A DNA stretch of 59,788 nt, filler included, from Basidiobolus meristosporus CBS 931.73 (GCA_002104905.1; 4 parts of 4 records of this genome joined end to end with filler, not necessarily neighbours in it), one strand, 5' to 3'. Shown: positions 11,733 through 24,056, counted from the first letter of the whole stretch. Notes: generated from the letters alone by a model not told the origin. Numbers and translations are program-made.

Positions 11733-12620
11733 TTACAGTCTGGGTTCATCAATATGGACTGAATAGGCATAGGCTAAGTTTGTACCCTCATTGATATAGT
11801 AATTTGGGCTGTTTCTTGTCCGATTGGATCTCCGGGCATTTGATACTGGAATGATCACTTCTGGGATATTCCTGGGCACTGATTCTGGCTGAACCATGAT
11901 TGTAGAGTCCTCTGAAGTGAAAAAATTTTCATTGTCTTGCTCTGATTCAATCCTGACAATTGGTGGACTTGAGATCAAATTTTTGTCATCATCTGATGTC
12001 ATTTTTTGTGAAAATTTTGAATTTTCATCAAACAACACATCCCTGGACTTGATCAGCTTCTTTGCTTTGGTATTGCAGAGTCTGTATGCCTTACTCTCAT
12101 TGCAGTAGCCCAAAAATATGCATTTTACACTTTTTGGCTCAAATTTTGACTGATTTCCAGCCAGTTTTTTGGCATATGCTGTACACCCAAATATTCTTAG
12201 ATGTTCTGCACTTGGTCTGTATCCATACCATGCTTCAAATGGAGTAGAATCACAAAGTATTCTGTTATAACTCCTATTTTTAAGATATACAGCAGTGGCA
12301 ACTGATTCCGCCCAAGAATCATAGGATAATTTTTGATCATGGATCATAGATCTTGCCATATCAATTATTGATCTGTTAGCTCGCTCTGCTACTCCATTTT
12401 GCTGTGGGGAGTATGGTACAGTAGTCTCTTGCTTTATCCCATGAATTTTGCAGAAGTGGATGAAGAGTTTGGAGGTATATTCTCCACCATTGTCAGAGCG
12501 TATTTTCTTGATTTTTCACAGGTTTCTCTCTCCACCATGGCTTTAAACTCCCTGAACTTAGACAGAGCTTCTTCCTTTCTCTCCATGAAGTAGACCCATG
12601 TGTATCTTGTATAATCATCA
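11733..12620 (-). pseudogene. Copia integrase core and C-terminus, frameshifted
   Basis: DDYTRYTWVY, RSDNGGEY, PQQNGVAERANR, WAESVATAVYLKNR, KFEPKSVKCIFLGY. A5 at 12512-12516 where the copy near 49350 has A6. Confidence 0.9.
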
Positions 12621-12720
12621 NNNNNNNNNNNNNNNNNNNNNNNNNNNNNNNNNNNNNNNNNNNNTTAATTAATTAANNNNNNNNNNNNNNNNNNNNNNNN
12701 NNNNNNNNNNNNNNNNNNNN
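12621..12720. other. Assembly gap (100 bp) with TTAATTAATTAA linker
   Basis: N run with the all-frame-stop linker at 12665-12676. Confidence 0.98.
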
Positions 12721-13333
12721 CAGTATGAGCGAATCATGATTTATAACCCTTCCTTGAGATTAGCGAACCACCACTCCAGTTCTAAGCCATCAATATACTT
12801 TTATATATTTCGGCAATTTATCGAAATATTCATCGAATGAAGCCCGAAGCGAAAACCAACCAAGGTTCCTCGGGGGTAAAGGCTTCTAACATCATAATGT
12901 ACAGTGATGAGCATACCACCCACATCCAATATATCTTGTTCTAGACGCATAAGTGGTGATTTGGTGATATGCCAGCCACTTTCTGGATCTTAGGGTAGCT
13001 CGACTCTAACTTTAATTTCTGATGCGGCTAGTAGAAATGTGCAGTTCTGGTTCTAACCACAAAGCTAATCTCAATACGACTCGTGCGATTGATTATAAAC
13101 GGACTACACTAGGCTTTCCGGATTTCAATTACACTTCTCAATCAATTCATTTCCACAATAACCATGTGAGATTGCGCTGTCTACTTTATTTATGATGTAA
13201 ATGTAACGTTGAACTTGGCCATAAAAGTGATGTGGAATTTATATTCTAGCTTTATGTCAGTTATGCCATGTAACAATAATGTGGTGATTATCAGGAATAT
13301 AATACAAATAAACTATGCGTGCCAAATACTACT

Positions 13334-14776
13334 CTACTGCTGGTCCACTTCAGCTGTGCGGTGACCGGTGATCTCCTCAATACTACGGCCCTTGGTCTCG
13401 GGCAAGAAGAAGAGAACCCCGATGAACCCGGCAATACAGCAGCAAACAAAGATCAAGAACACGTATCCGTGCATTGCGTCCTTCAGCGAGGGGAAGAAGA
13501 AGCCAACAATGAAGTTGCCCAGCCAGTTGAGTCCGAGTGCGCTGGAGGCCACCGTGGACACAGCTCTGGTGGGAATGAGCTCGGAGATGATCAGGAATGG
13601 AATGGGGCCCATGCCAAGTGCGAATGACACAACGAACGCAAACAATCCGAGAATCACAAGCCCCGAGTCATTGCACTCGATCCCGATGATCATCAGCACG
13701 TTGAACGCCGCCATTCCCGCAAGACTGAGGAGCACAAGGAACTTTCGTCCAACACGATCGATCAGGAGAATGGTGACAATCGTGGCTAGCAGGTTGATGG
13801 CCCCCACCCCGACCGTGAGATACTGAGCGGTCTTGTTGCCATAGATGGATGTGAAGATCGAGGTGGAGTAGTACATGATCCCGTTGATGCCACAGAGTTG
13901 CTGGATGACACACAGGAACATGCACATGAAGGCGTGCTTGCGGGTCAACGAATCCCTCATGATGAACTTGAATCCATCCATGATTGATGTCTGCTCCCCG
14001 CTGACCTTAGCTTCGGCTCTGGCATCCACCATCGTCTGGAGCTCCTTGGTGATGTCCATTCCCTTGCGAAGCTTCAGCAGTGACTTCTCGGCATCATCGA
14101 CACGGTCCTTGGAAATGTAGTAGCGTGGTGTCTCAGTGATGAATGAGAGCGTGACCAGCTGCAGGATTGCGACAGCCCCAGTCAGTGCCATACAGATACG
14201 CCATCCAGCTCTGCTCGAGAGTCCAAGCCCAGCTGCCTGGGTAACCAACTGACCAATGACGCAGGTAAGTTGGGTCATGGCTCCGTAAGCACCACGAACC
14301 CTGGTGGTAGAGACCTCGCCGATGTATGTGGGAAGAACCACTGTTCCGAACCCTGACCCAACACCGGTGAAGAAACGGCCCACAATCCACATCCCCTTGT
14401 TCTTCGAGAGACCAAGGAGCAAGGCGCCAAGGATAAAGAAAATGTTGTTGAACAGAAGCGAGTTGCGACGCCCAAACCTGGCCTGCGACCAACCGGCTGA
14501 CAGTCCGCCTATGGCTCCACCGATGGAGAAACTGCTCACCGCGAAGCCCCACAGCCAGTTGCCCATTGGGAAGCAGCTGGGGAATCCATCGACCTTTTCA
14601 TCGGGATTGGCACAGTCGATAATCGAGGATTGGATGATGTTGGTGTCGGAGGTATTCCAGCCATTGTTGAAGGAGACAAGACAAGCGATCGAGACGCACA
14701 TGACAGTGTAGAAGGAGAACCCGGCTTCAGACGAGTCGTTTGAGGATTTCACCTCTTTGGTAGAACGGCCAAACAT
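13334..14776 (-). CDS. MFS sugar porter (GLUT/hexose transporter-like), 480 aa from the likely ATG at 14776
   Basis: RFGRR, GRFFTGVG, PTYIGEVS, RGAYG, ETPRY, QQLCGINGIMYYS, IDRVGRK, SELIP, PETKG motifs; TATAAA ~55 bp before 14776, so the longer ORF start at 14938 is unlikely. Confidence 0.95.
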   Translation of the reverse strand: MFGRSTKEVKSSNDSSEAGFSFYTVMCVSIACLVSFNNGWNTSDTNIIQSSIIDCANPDEKVDGFPSCFPMGNWLWGFAVSSFSIGGAIGGLSAGWSQARFGRRNSLLFNNIFFILGALLLGLSKNKGMWIVGRFFTGVGSGFGTVVLPTYIGEVSTTRVRGAYGAMTQLTCVIGQLVTQAAGLGLSSRAGWRICMALTGAVAILQLVTLSFITETPRYYISKDRVDDAEKSLLKLRKGMDITKELQTMVDARAEAKVSGEQTSIMDGFKFIMRDSLTRKHAFMCMFLCVIQQLCGINGIMYYSTSIFTSIYGNKTAQYLTVGVGAINLLATIVTILLIDRVGRKFLVLLSLAGMAAFNVLMIIGIECNDSGLVILGLFAFVVSFALGMGPIPFLIISELIPTRAVSTVASSALGLNWLGNFIVGFFFPSLKDAMHGYVFLIFVCCCIAGFIGVLFFLPETKGRSIEEITGHRTAEVDQQ

Positions 14777-17430
14777 TGTAAAAGTGTAGTGAATTTTTAA
14801 GATGATGATAAGGCTGGCTACGGCGGGGATATTTATATAGTGGGTTCGCAGCGGATTCCAACGTTCTAGGAAATCCAATTTCCCATTTTTGGCTGGGTCA
14901 TTTGGAGGTCCATCTGGAAATAGCCTTATATGGCCCATCGACTTCCTGTAATGGATCCGCCCGAAATTTTCTTCCTAATTGATTCGAAGCGGTCTGCAGC
15001 ATGAAAATAACCTGACGCATCCACTCGTGACCAACTTGAAGTCAGAAATTACCTACGAAGTTGATAGGAGCACCCCGGATTTACTGAATCGTCTTTTTTT
15101 CCTAGCCTACTAGCAGTGTATCTCTCCATAGGTCGTGGGATCGACTGTGTAGAGTGAGCTGGAAACTGCTTCGAACAGAGTTGTTGAGAAAAATCTTCTG
15201 GAACTAGGGATATGGATATTGATTGGCCTAACCATATTGATCCCTTACCATCCCAAGCAGGTCCCAAATTTAGGCTGGCGGGATATTAGCGGGATTACCC
15301 CGACGATCTAGCTCCATGGAAATTCCCAAACATGGATGGGGATAATTTAAGTAACCCACCAATCCCCATTGGATGATCGTCTAAATGGGGGGGGGGAATC
15401 TCCTGGACGCGTTTGCGCCTCTCGGTGATCGGACTCAAGCGCAACCCCGATTCTAGATCCTACTATAAATCAGGTGCAAACCTGGTGTGCGATGGAGATG
15501 ACCCAAAGGCCGGTGGGTTTCACGTACTCATTGCATCATCAAGATCCACAAAGGTGCTCCTACTGATCTTTGGAGACCTACCTTCTGGAATCTCCATTGG
15601 CCGGGTCGGGTCGGTTCGTATGCTACCTATCGCTGCGCCCCTTCGCCACCATGATCGTTGGGACGAATTGGCACACCGCTGCCCATCCCCAGGAAATACT
15701 CTTGATCGGTGGATGACCTCTTGTACGAGGTCACGGTGGTTGACGTCACCCATCAAGGTCGAAAAGAATCCCTCCCCCTAGCAGCGGTGGGTCAGGTGAT
15801 GGTGAATTTTCGGAACGTTGCACAGCCAATATGTCTTTGTAACCCGATTTCCAGACCAGTCCCACCCAGCTCTCAAAGCCAAACCACGCAAGGTGGATTT
15901 TGGGCAGTTTCCCGGGGCCGAATGTTCCCGACAAGAGGATCTTACTGTACCGACCCACCGGCTCTGGAGGTTTGGATGGAATCTATCCGGGATCCTTTGC
16001 TAGGAGATACGTTTTGAGTTCACCTTCGAACTAAAAGGCTCGCTAGAGAACGGTGATTGACATTTCTTCGACTATGCTCTTAGCAGAAAATATTTTCCAA
16101 AAGCCCCAAGCCCTAGCCCTAGCCCTAGCCGAGATCTTCCATGGTTCGAGCATGCATTAAACTCTATGGAGATCCGTGCTGATGAAGTTCACGACTCTTC
16201 CGCCCAATAGTACAGTTGCGCAGCATTTGTCGCCCTCCAAACCCAACACCAACTCATGATCTCCGCTTAAACCCAAGCCGATTCCCACTAGCTGGTGGAC
16301 GATAGGGTTATGGTGGGGAGCCGAACGCCAACAGATCGGCAGTCAAAGGAAAGTGATCGTTGGGCGCTCGGTGAGAACATCTCCACGTGCCAGGAAGAAC
16401 CGAGAAGAAGGATACGCTTAATCCCGGTGCATCGCAGCCTACGATCTGGAAGTGGGCCCAAACATTCGGGAAACTGGGCCACGGGCACTGCGTGCGATCT
16501 CGGGTCGTTACCGTGGAGCATGTTTCAGGTGTCCGTGGGAACCTTGTCGGGATTCGGGGTATTTAAAAAAGAGCGTGGTCTTCCCACATTGATATACCGA
16601 GAGGAATTCGAGGGGGTCACATTTCCCAGGGGGCTTGGTGGCCAGGGTGCTGAGAATGCCTCGGGTAAGGTCCCAGGAGGTGGTGCGCAAATACTGGGTC
16701 TTTTGGGCACCTTGGAATCATTTGGGAACTTCCGGTATTCCCACCATTTCAATGGATTCTCGGTTGATACCGTACGAAATTTATTTCGACTCGCTACACA
16801 ACAACCTTATAAAAAAGAGGCTTCAGTCTCCAAATCTATGTTTCATCAAGGGTCAACCAATTACTTGGATCTGGAAGTCCCTTCTTACCCCAGTATACTG
16901 AGAAGCATAGAGTCGCGGGCAGCCCATACCCACCGAGAAAGGTAACCCAGCGAGTACCGGTGTTTGGCCTATTTTTGCTCCGAGGAGTTATATCTGGGGC
17001 TGTCATGGCCCAAAAGTGACACCCGGAGTGTTGTGCTATTCCGTGAACAATATTGCGATTGGCCTTTCCAGGATGTTCCCAATCAGGAATCTCAATGATG
17101 GACTAAATTAGCATTCTGGTATGGCCTTCAGATGAAATTCCACCCCAGACACTCTGCCTCTTGCACTGAAAAGCTAAAAGCGCTATTGAGGTTGGATTGT
17201 AGTTGCTTTCATTTGATCTCATCTAAGGGAATATCTATCAAGAAACATCACCACGATGTACTACCTGAAACTGCCAAGGCCTGAGCACATTTTGACCACA
17301 CTCTAGCCATAAAAATCTATGCCACTTCTTGAAGGTGTTGCAAAAACTATGCTGGTCTAGCAATCCCTATGATACAAATGTGGTCCCACAGGCAGGTGCA
17401 ATCTAAATAAGACCATGAGGGTCTTTTCAA

Positions 17431-17762
17431 TGTTGTAAGAGTCTTGGAGATATTAGAAGTGATTGGGAGGACAAGTAGATAATGTGGTTTTCACTTAATG
17501 ATTTATTGAATGTAAAAGTAGTATTTATGCTTTTACATGAGCTTCACATAACAAGCACGTAAAATAGGTTTAGGAAGATCCCAAGAACATGCGTGCAAAG
17601 TTTGGGGCTGTTTGGACAACTTATCTGATTTTCATGTTCTGGGTAAATATTCTAAGTAAATCCCAACAAGGAATTTGGCCAGTATTCTCTAGGATTTGAA
17701 AGGAATTATCTAAGTGACTAAGTTAGGTGAATATCCAGGTGGAATTACAAATTTTTACTACA
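17431..17762 (-). mobile_element. Solo LTR with TTCAA target-site duplication
   Basis: TGTTGTAA...TTACTACA; TTCAA at 17426-17430 and 17763-17767. Confidence 0.92.
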
Positions 17763-20685
17763 TTCAAGACTCCATCAGAATACTTGCAGCTTTACACATG
17801 GCCATTTTGACAATATCTTGATGGGATCCCAACAGCTTAGCCAATTATAGTTAATGTCTGATGATGCTTTAACTTCCTTTGGCCAGGCTTTCAGTGACTT
17901 AAAACCAGCTATATGGTGGTCAGCAGTCTATTACTCTCCCTATGAAAGAAAATGGTGTAAAGTCAGGCAGAATACAGTCACAGTATCTGCTGAACTCCAA
18001 GTTTCCCAACACCAACAACTTGCCATATCTCAGGTTTTAGCTGTTGAGAAGACAAGTGGGCATTTTTTACAGGAGTGAACTGGGCCAGCCAGAATTCATA
18101 CCAAATTTGGTAATCAGCTGCCCACTACTTCTACCAGAAATTGCAACTGAATATTTGAAGGAAAAACACCAGCAGTATACCAGCTGAAAAACAGATGGAT
18201 CCATTGCTCCAGTAAGGCAAATTAGTACTAATTGCAGTCCTGCACTGGGAAACAGAGTTTGGCCCTACATTTGATTTTCCTTCAGGGCCTGATACTCCTC
18301 AGTCAAAGCAGATCTCTAAAACTTTGTCTGAGAGCTAATTATGGCCTTTTTACAGTCTATGGCTCATCAATATGAACTAAATAGGTTTAGGCTAAGTTTG
18401 TACCCTCATTAATATAGTGATTTAGGCTATTTCAGGTCCAGTTGAATCTCCTGGCTTGCAATACTTGAATGATCACTTCTAGGATATTCCTAGGCGCTAT
18501 TCAGGCTGAACCATAGTTGTAGAGTCCTCTGGAGTGAAGAAACATTGATTGTTTTGCTTGGATTCAACTCCAACCAATAATTGACTGTAGATCAGAAATG
18601 TCATCATTTGATAATATTTTCTGGAATATCTTGATATTCATCAAGAAATACATACCAGGACTTGATTGACTTCTTATCTTTGGTATTGTAGAGACTGTAT
18701 GCCTTACTCTTACTGCAGTAGCTCAATAATAATCATTTTACACTTTTTGGCTTAAAACTGACCAATTTCCAGGCAGTTTTTCAGCATATGCTGTGCACCC
18801 AAATATTGTGAGAAGTTATGCACCTTTTCTTTATCTATGCCATGCTTCAAATGAAGTAGAATCACAAAGTTTTCTGTTAGAACTTCAATTCTTAGGGTGT
18901 ATAATTGAGACAACTGATTCTGCCAAAAATTTGTAGTATAATTTTTGATCATGGATCATAGGTCTTGCCATAGTGCTTATTGATCTGTTTCCCCCTTCTG
19001 CCACTCCATGTGACTGCAGGAAGTATGGTACAGCAGTCTCTTGGCTTATCCCATGAATTTTGCATAAGTGAATGAAGAGTTTTGAGGTTTATATTCTACC
19101 ATTGTTGGAGCATATTTTCTTTAGTTATTCACTAGTTTCTCTCACCATTATGACTTTGAGCTCCCTCTGCTTAAACACAGTTTCTGCCTTTCTTTCTATG
19201 AAGTAGGCCCATGTTTATCTTGTATAATTGTCAGTGAAAGTAATTGACTGCATGATCCTGCCCGTGGATAAACTTTGCATAGATCCACACAAATCTGATT
19301 GATTTAAATCCAATTTCTTTTAGTATCAGTTACCCCAGAACTCTGGAATAGTTATCTGGCTTGCTTTCCATATTTGCAGGCTTCACAGTGCTCTAAATTA
19401 CCTGGGGGATCAGTTTTTACTCTAAAAATTAGCTGCTCATTTATCATCTTATGCAGATATTCAAAGTTGATGTGTCCAAGTCCCCTGTGCTAGAGCATTG
19501 GTGTTTCTTCATTCAAGTTGCTTATATTGGCTTCCAGATTTGATGGAACATAAATCCACTGGCATGTATTCTTATCTCTGATACCCAAGGCAATAACAGC
19601 ACCATTTTGATCAGTGATCCCGCATCCAGAAATGTCTAAACTGAAACTGAGTTCTTCTACTATAGTCTTGCTTACACACGGTAGGTTCTTAGCTATTTCT
19701 GGTACATCAAGTAATTCTTTGATGGTAAGTATATCCATTCCTTCACTGCTTCTGAGACTCACTTGAATAGTTTCTTCTCCAATTGCATCAAGTGCTCTAT
19801 TTTCACATATGAAAACCTTCTTGATTGGAATTTCTGGATATTGGGTAAAAAGCACTTTTTAGTATGCAAAGGGATAAGATGCTCTAGAGTCAATATATCA
19901 TGTCTGAGAATCCTTGTTTATGGTTATATTCAGTGCAGATATGAATAGTCTACTCATAGTTGTAGCAGTATTCCCATATTCATGTTTGTCTGCTGATTCT
20001 CTCTTTTTGAAACACCAGTCTGATAGATGTCCTTTCCATTTGCAGTAGTTGCAAAATAGGTTGCTGTTGCCTTTAAAGGGTCTTTAGTACCCCCTTTATA
20101 GGTTATTATGCTTATTAAAGTGGTTTTTTCTTTCTTTTAATTGGTACTTGATTTTCTTAATTCTTCATTGAGGAGCCTTCCATATGCCTAGTTTAAGGTC
20201 CAGTCTTCAGTTTTGCACTCCACAGCTGATACAAGCCCCTAAAGCTTGTCTGTCAGGCTATTCAGCAGGGTAACTATCACATTGTCTTCAGTTGTTGGTA
20301 CACCCACTGATTCCAACTCATCAACAAACAGGGTAATTTTGCTGATTGGATTTTTCATATCTATTTGTGGCAGCATCTTGGTAGTAAAGAATTTTTGTCC
20401 AAGATAGATCTTCTTGGCAGCTGTACATGGCTGGTAGCTGCCTTCTAGTGCTTTCCAGGCATTCTTTACTGCTTTTGTTCTTGATCATTGAATTAGCAAT
20501 TTGTTGTTTACATTGAGGTATATGCAGTTAAAGCACTTTGTTCATCCTGCTGGTACTGTAAGGCTACTTCCCAGCATCTTTAGGAGGGCATCCTTCTCCC
20601 ATGACAATATCCCAAAGGCCTCTTTCCTGTATCAGCATCTTCAGCTTCACCTTCCAGACTTGGTAACTAGATCCATCCTACTTTT

Positions 20686-21035
20686 TGTTGTAAGAGTCTT
20701 GGAGATATTGGAAGTGATTTGGAGAACAAGTAGATTATGTGGTTTTCACTTAATGATTTATTGAATGTAAAAGTAGTATTTATACTTTTACATGGTCTTG
20801 GCATTACAAACACGTAGAATAGGTTAAGGAAGGTCCCAAGAACATGTGTGCAAAGTTTGGGGCTGTTTGGACAACTTTGAGAATTTTCATGTTCTGGGTA
20901 CCTGGTATTTTGGTGAAAATATTCTAAGTAAATCCCAACAAGGAATTTGGTCAGTATTCTCTAGGATTTGAAGATGATGATCTAAGTGACTAAGTTAGGT
21001 GAATATTTAGGTGGAAAATACGAATTTTTACAACA
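20686..21035 (-). mobile_element. Young solo LTR inserted into the gag of the older element, TSD CTTTT
   Basis: CTTTT at 20681-20685 and 21036-21040; gag sequence continues on both sides. Confidence 0.93.
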
Positions 21036-21098
21036 CTTTTTACATAGGGAATAATCCCAGTAGTAGCCATGGCAAGCATTGCAGAGAGTGACAGCTTA

Positions 21099-21110
21099 GG
21101 GCTCATAACC
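21099..21110 (-). other. Primer-binding site GGTTATGAGCCC (half-tRNA-iMet type)
   Basis: Directly abuts the 5' LTR end (TCTTACAACA|GGTTATGAGCCC on -); matches the Drosophila copia-type GGTTATGGGCCC PBS. Confidence 0.85.
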
Positions 21111-21729
21111 TGTTGTAAGAGTTTTGGACATAATAGAAGTGAAATGGAGAACAAGTATTGTATGTTGTTTTCACTTGGAGCTTTATTGAACGTAAAGTAG
21201 TGTTCATTCTTTAACATAATTGTGAAATACTAAGCAAGCTGAATAGATCTAGGGAGCTCCCAAGAGCATTTGTACAATGCTTGGGGCTGTTTGGACAACT
21301 TTTAGAATTTTCATGCTCTGGGTACCTGATCTTTTGGTGAAGATATTTCAGTTAAATCCCAGCAGAAAATTTGGTTGAAGTACCATAATATTTGTAGATA
21401 ATAATATAAGTGATTAAGTTAGGCAAGTATAGAGGTGGATTTACAAACTTTTGCAACATTCTGTGGACTTTTCTTAATTTTTTTTCTAGGGGTAGGTGTG
21501 TCAACAATGCTTACAGAGTGTTATGTTGGAGTTTCCTTAGGCATATTTGTCTTTGGCTTTACTAGTAGCATTTTATTGAAATATGTCAAAGCAACAAATG
21601 AATGGAGGTATGCTCATAGTGCCAGAAGGAGCTGAAAGCTACAACAGGTACTAGTGGGTTAATATTTGATTATTATTATAAGTGTAAAGGTCCGGTTATT
21701 AGTTTGCAAGATGATGGCTATGTCTGCAG

Positions 21730-22070
21730 CAGTAAGTTTTGTATGTACACCAAAATATTCAATTGAATTGTTCACTTAGATCATAGCCCACAGATTTTAA
21801 AGTTTTTTGCTCAGATTCCTTATGGTGATATACTGATACATCCATCCAAAATATCTGAAACTTGAGACATAAGTAAGCTTCAAGTTGTCCAAAATCCCTG
21901 TAACTTTGCACTCATGGTCTTGGGACCTTCCTAAGCATATTCTGTAATTTGTTTGCCAAGGACATTTAAGAGTATAATTACCACTTTTACATGCTATAAA
22001 TCCGTAGGTGAAAACCATAAAATCTACTAGCTCACTCAATCACTGCAAATACCTCCAAGCTCTTACCATA
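21730..22070 (+). mobile_element. Highly diverged LTR of the same family, opposite orientation
   Basis: ttcacttagatcat, caagttgtccaaa, actttgcac, tcttgggaccttcct, gtgaaaacca, ctccaagctcttacc align to the reverse complement of the LTR; ends approximate. Confidence 0.7.
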
Positions 22071-22874
22071 TATCCCCAAGGCCGTTTCAGTACCTTGTGA
22101 CTCTTCCGAGTGTAAAATCACTGCCACTTTTGTATTTGAGAAAGCAGAAAAATACTTCAAATACTGGCTGAGATAGAAAATTGAGTTCAGTGATTTGAAA
22201 CAGACAAGAATCATAACTGAAGTAATTTTTGCAGCTGCAAATACTACTGATTATGACTCTGGAACTTGAGAGATCATTAACCATAATATCGATGATCCTA
22301 TATGCACATTCCCAACAATACCACACAGCAAAAATTGTGGTTGATTCCTTACAGTTCAATCCAAACTGTAGCGGTACCACGCCTGGTTTGCCCCTTATTG
22401 GAGACGAAAAATCTCCGGTCTGTGCGACCACTGGGATTTGCAGGAGTCAGTGGAGATCTGGGCGCGGAGGACTCCAATTGCTCTCCGCCCGTGGTTGGTC
22501 GATTGACTAAGCACCACTTTCGGGTGATTGAATGTAGCACATTATGCCAGAATCATACGAGCTTCATAGCGTGGCAAGTAGATTTGGTAAACGAGGTTTA
22601 AGTCAGTAGAGTGACACCGCAGAATAGTTCTATCAATTGGACGCTATGAGAGATTCTCCATTATGTGTGCACAATGAGCGCATATCAGATGGATACAATC
22701 AACAATGAATCCCTTCACATTCATGTCACACAATGTCGGCCATCTGAAGATAGGAAGAAACTTCTGCCAGCGTCTTGATTGTTGGATGCGCTTACCATGA
22801 TGATGGGTAAAACCTACTTGTTGGAGTTCTGCGTTATATATTTTACTGAGCAGGACAAGTGTTGTTTGCTTGGC

Positions 22875-23312
22875 ATGAAATTTCTTTCAGTTTCCATATC
22901 AGTTGCGCTGGTTACTCAGATAATTGGTACACCCATAGACGAATGCTACGGGTGGTCAGGGGTCTCAGTCGAGCCTGCTGCTGACCAAAAAGCAACTTTA
23001 TCATCAAACGATCTGGTTGCCCTCAAATGGACCGCTTCAGGCTCAGGAATCACCAACATCCGCGAGGTAGATCTGTTCAGCGCCAAGGATCACCAGTTCT
23101 TGCATACCCAGTACCGCAGTTATCCTGGCATTAGTGCAGCTGAGGGACAACTTTCATTCATCCTCACTGTGCCTCTCTGCTTGCAACGGGACGGTAGATA
23201 CTATCTTGAGGTGTATTCCAGCACCGCCGGGCAAGACATGAACTGTCACGCACAAACCCAGGTCTTCGAGTTGACCCCGGACCCGAACGGAAACTTCACT
23301 GGGTGTCCTTAG
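22875..23312 (+). CDS. Small secreted protein, 145 aa, 4 Cys, probable beta-sandwich
   Basis: Signal peptide MKFLSVSISVALVTQIIG; TATA-like ttatatattt ~40 bp upstream; W-T-A...I-x-x-V-D-L...Y-Y-L pattern loosely like Kre9/Knh1-N-type domains (family call weak). Confidence 0.75.
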   Translation: MKFLSVSISVALVTQIIGTPIDECYGWSGVSVEPAADQKATLSSNDLVALKWTASGSGITNIREVDLFSAKDHQFLHTQYRSYPGISAAEGQLSFILTVPLCLQRDGRYYLEVYSSTAGQDMNCHAQTQVFELTPDPNGNFTGCP

Positions 23313-24056
23313 CCCAGAGAATCGTGTTCAGCTTCATCTTCAATAAACTCATTATATGGTAGAAATGGCGCGTCAGTTGGGTAGCTACTCATGCACAAAA
23401 TTCGCTGTATAACCCTTGTTTATTACAATTAAGCATCACTTACATCGTGATGGAGTGCATCTATTCCAGACCGGTGCGCTGAACCAGATGGCGTACATTA
23501 TCCGGTTAGGGATAACAGCAATTGGCAGGCACGGAATCAGGAAAGTGATACAGCATTCAATCTCAGGAAAGCATTCAGCAACCCTCTTTCGGCCGGAGTG
23601 AATAACCGATTGGAAAGTCCTTCTAAGGCCTTGGGTGTGTCACTTCGAATGGAGCGCTCAGCTGGGCACGAATGTGGCCGGCTGCTGGTGATCGTTTAAT
23701 CAGAGTTGTTCAACAACGGAGTGATTGCGAGAGAATAAGGAAAAAATTCAAATGAATATGACACCTCAGCCAATCACCACAAGACCCGATTGCCGTTTAT
23801 GTTCGTTCACTTCATTTCGAAATCCCGGGTGTCTTGACACAAGCGAAATTAAGTGGGAAAATTTTCACGCAATGCCCACTTCGAAGAGCGATCTTCTTTT
23901 CGAAGCGGCGTGCGACCTTGGGCGTTCTCTCTGACGTCAACTCAGGCACCATGCTGGCTGTATAAATGCCTCCGTTTTCCGACAAGGCCCATTGTATATT
24001 TTCCTCGCTAGCCGAGAATCCAATCATCATCTATTTAGCCGGTTGCATCATTCGAC

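Larger units (their letters stand above)
9817..12620 (-). mobile_element. Young Ty1/copia LTR retrotransposon (3' LTR, RT-RNaseH, integrase), truncated by assembly gap
   Basis: Integrase-then-RT order; PPT ctcccactc at 10166-10174 abutting the LTR; two single-base frameshifts (~11742, ~12514). Confidence 0.95.
18272..21458 (-). mobile_element. Old degraded copia element: 5' LTR (21111-21458), PBS, gag, pre-integrase, integrase; breaks off at the start of RT
   Basis: 18280-19300 is collinear with 11650-12620 but has many stops. gag N-terminus (K-DGSNYQVWKVKLKMLIQERGLWDIV-like after repairing small lesions) follows the ATG at 21070. Confidence 0.88.

Noticed and set aside
12665-12676. TTAATTAATTAA palindromes as biological sites
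   Set aside because: Identical, centred in N runs; assembly linker.
13319-14711. Overlapping ORFs opposite the sugar transporter, RRM, RGS and reductase genes
   Set aside because: Shadow ORFs of GC3-rich coding sequence with no motifs.
14777-14938. 54-aa N-terminal extension of the sugar transporter (and similar extensions of array and RGS ORFs)
   Set aside because: The extensions run through TATA boxes; downstream ATGs fit family N-termini.
16111-16130. Telomere-like hexamers: (CCCTAG)3 here, TTAGGG pairs at ~1503 and ~59370
   Set aside because: Only 2-3 units; compatible with chance or slippage.
9812-21040. One full-length element bounded by CTTTT at 9812 and 21036
   Set aside because: The 20686 LTR has CTTTT on both sides with older gag continuing through it; a gap and a host gene lie between.
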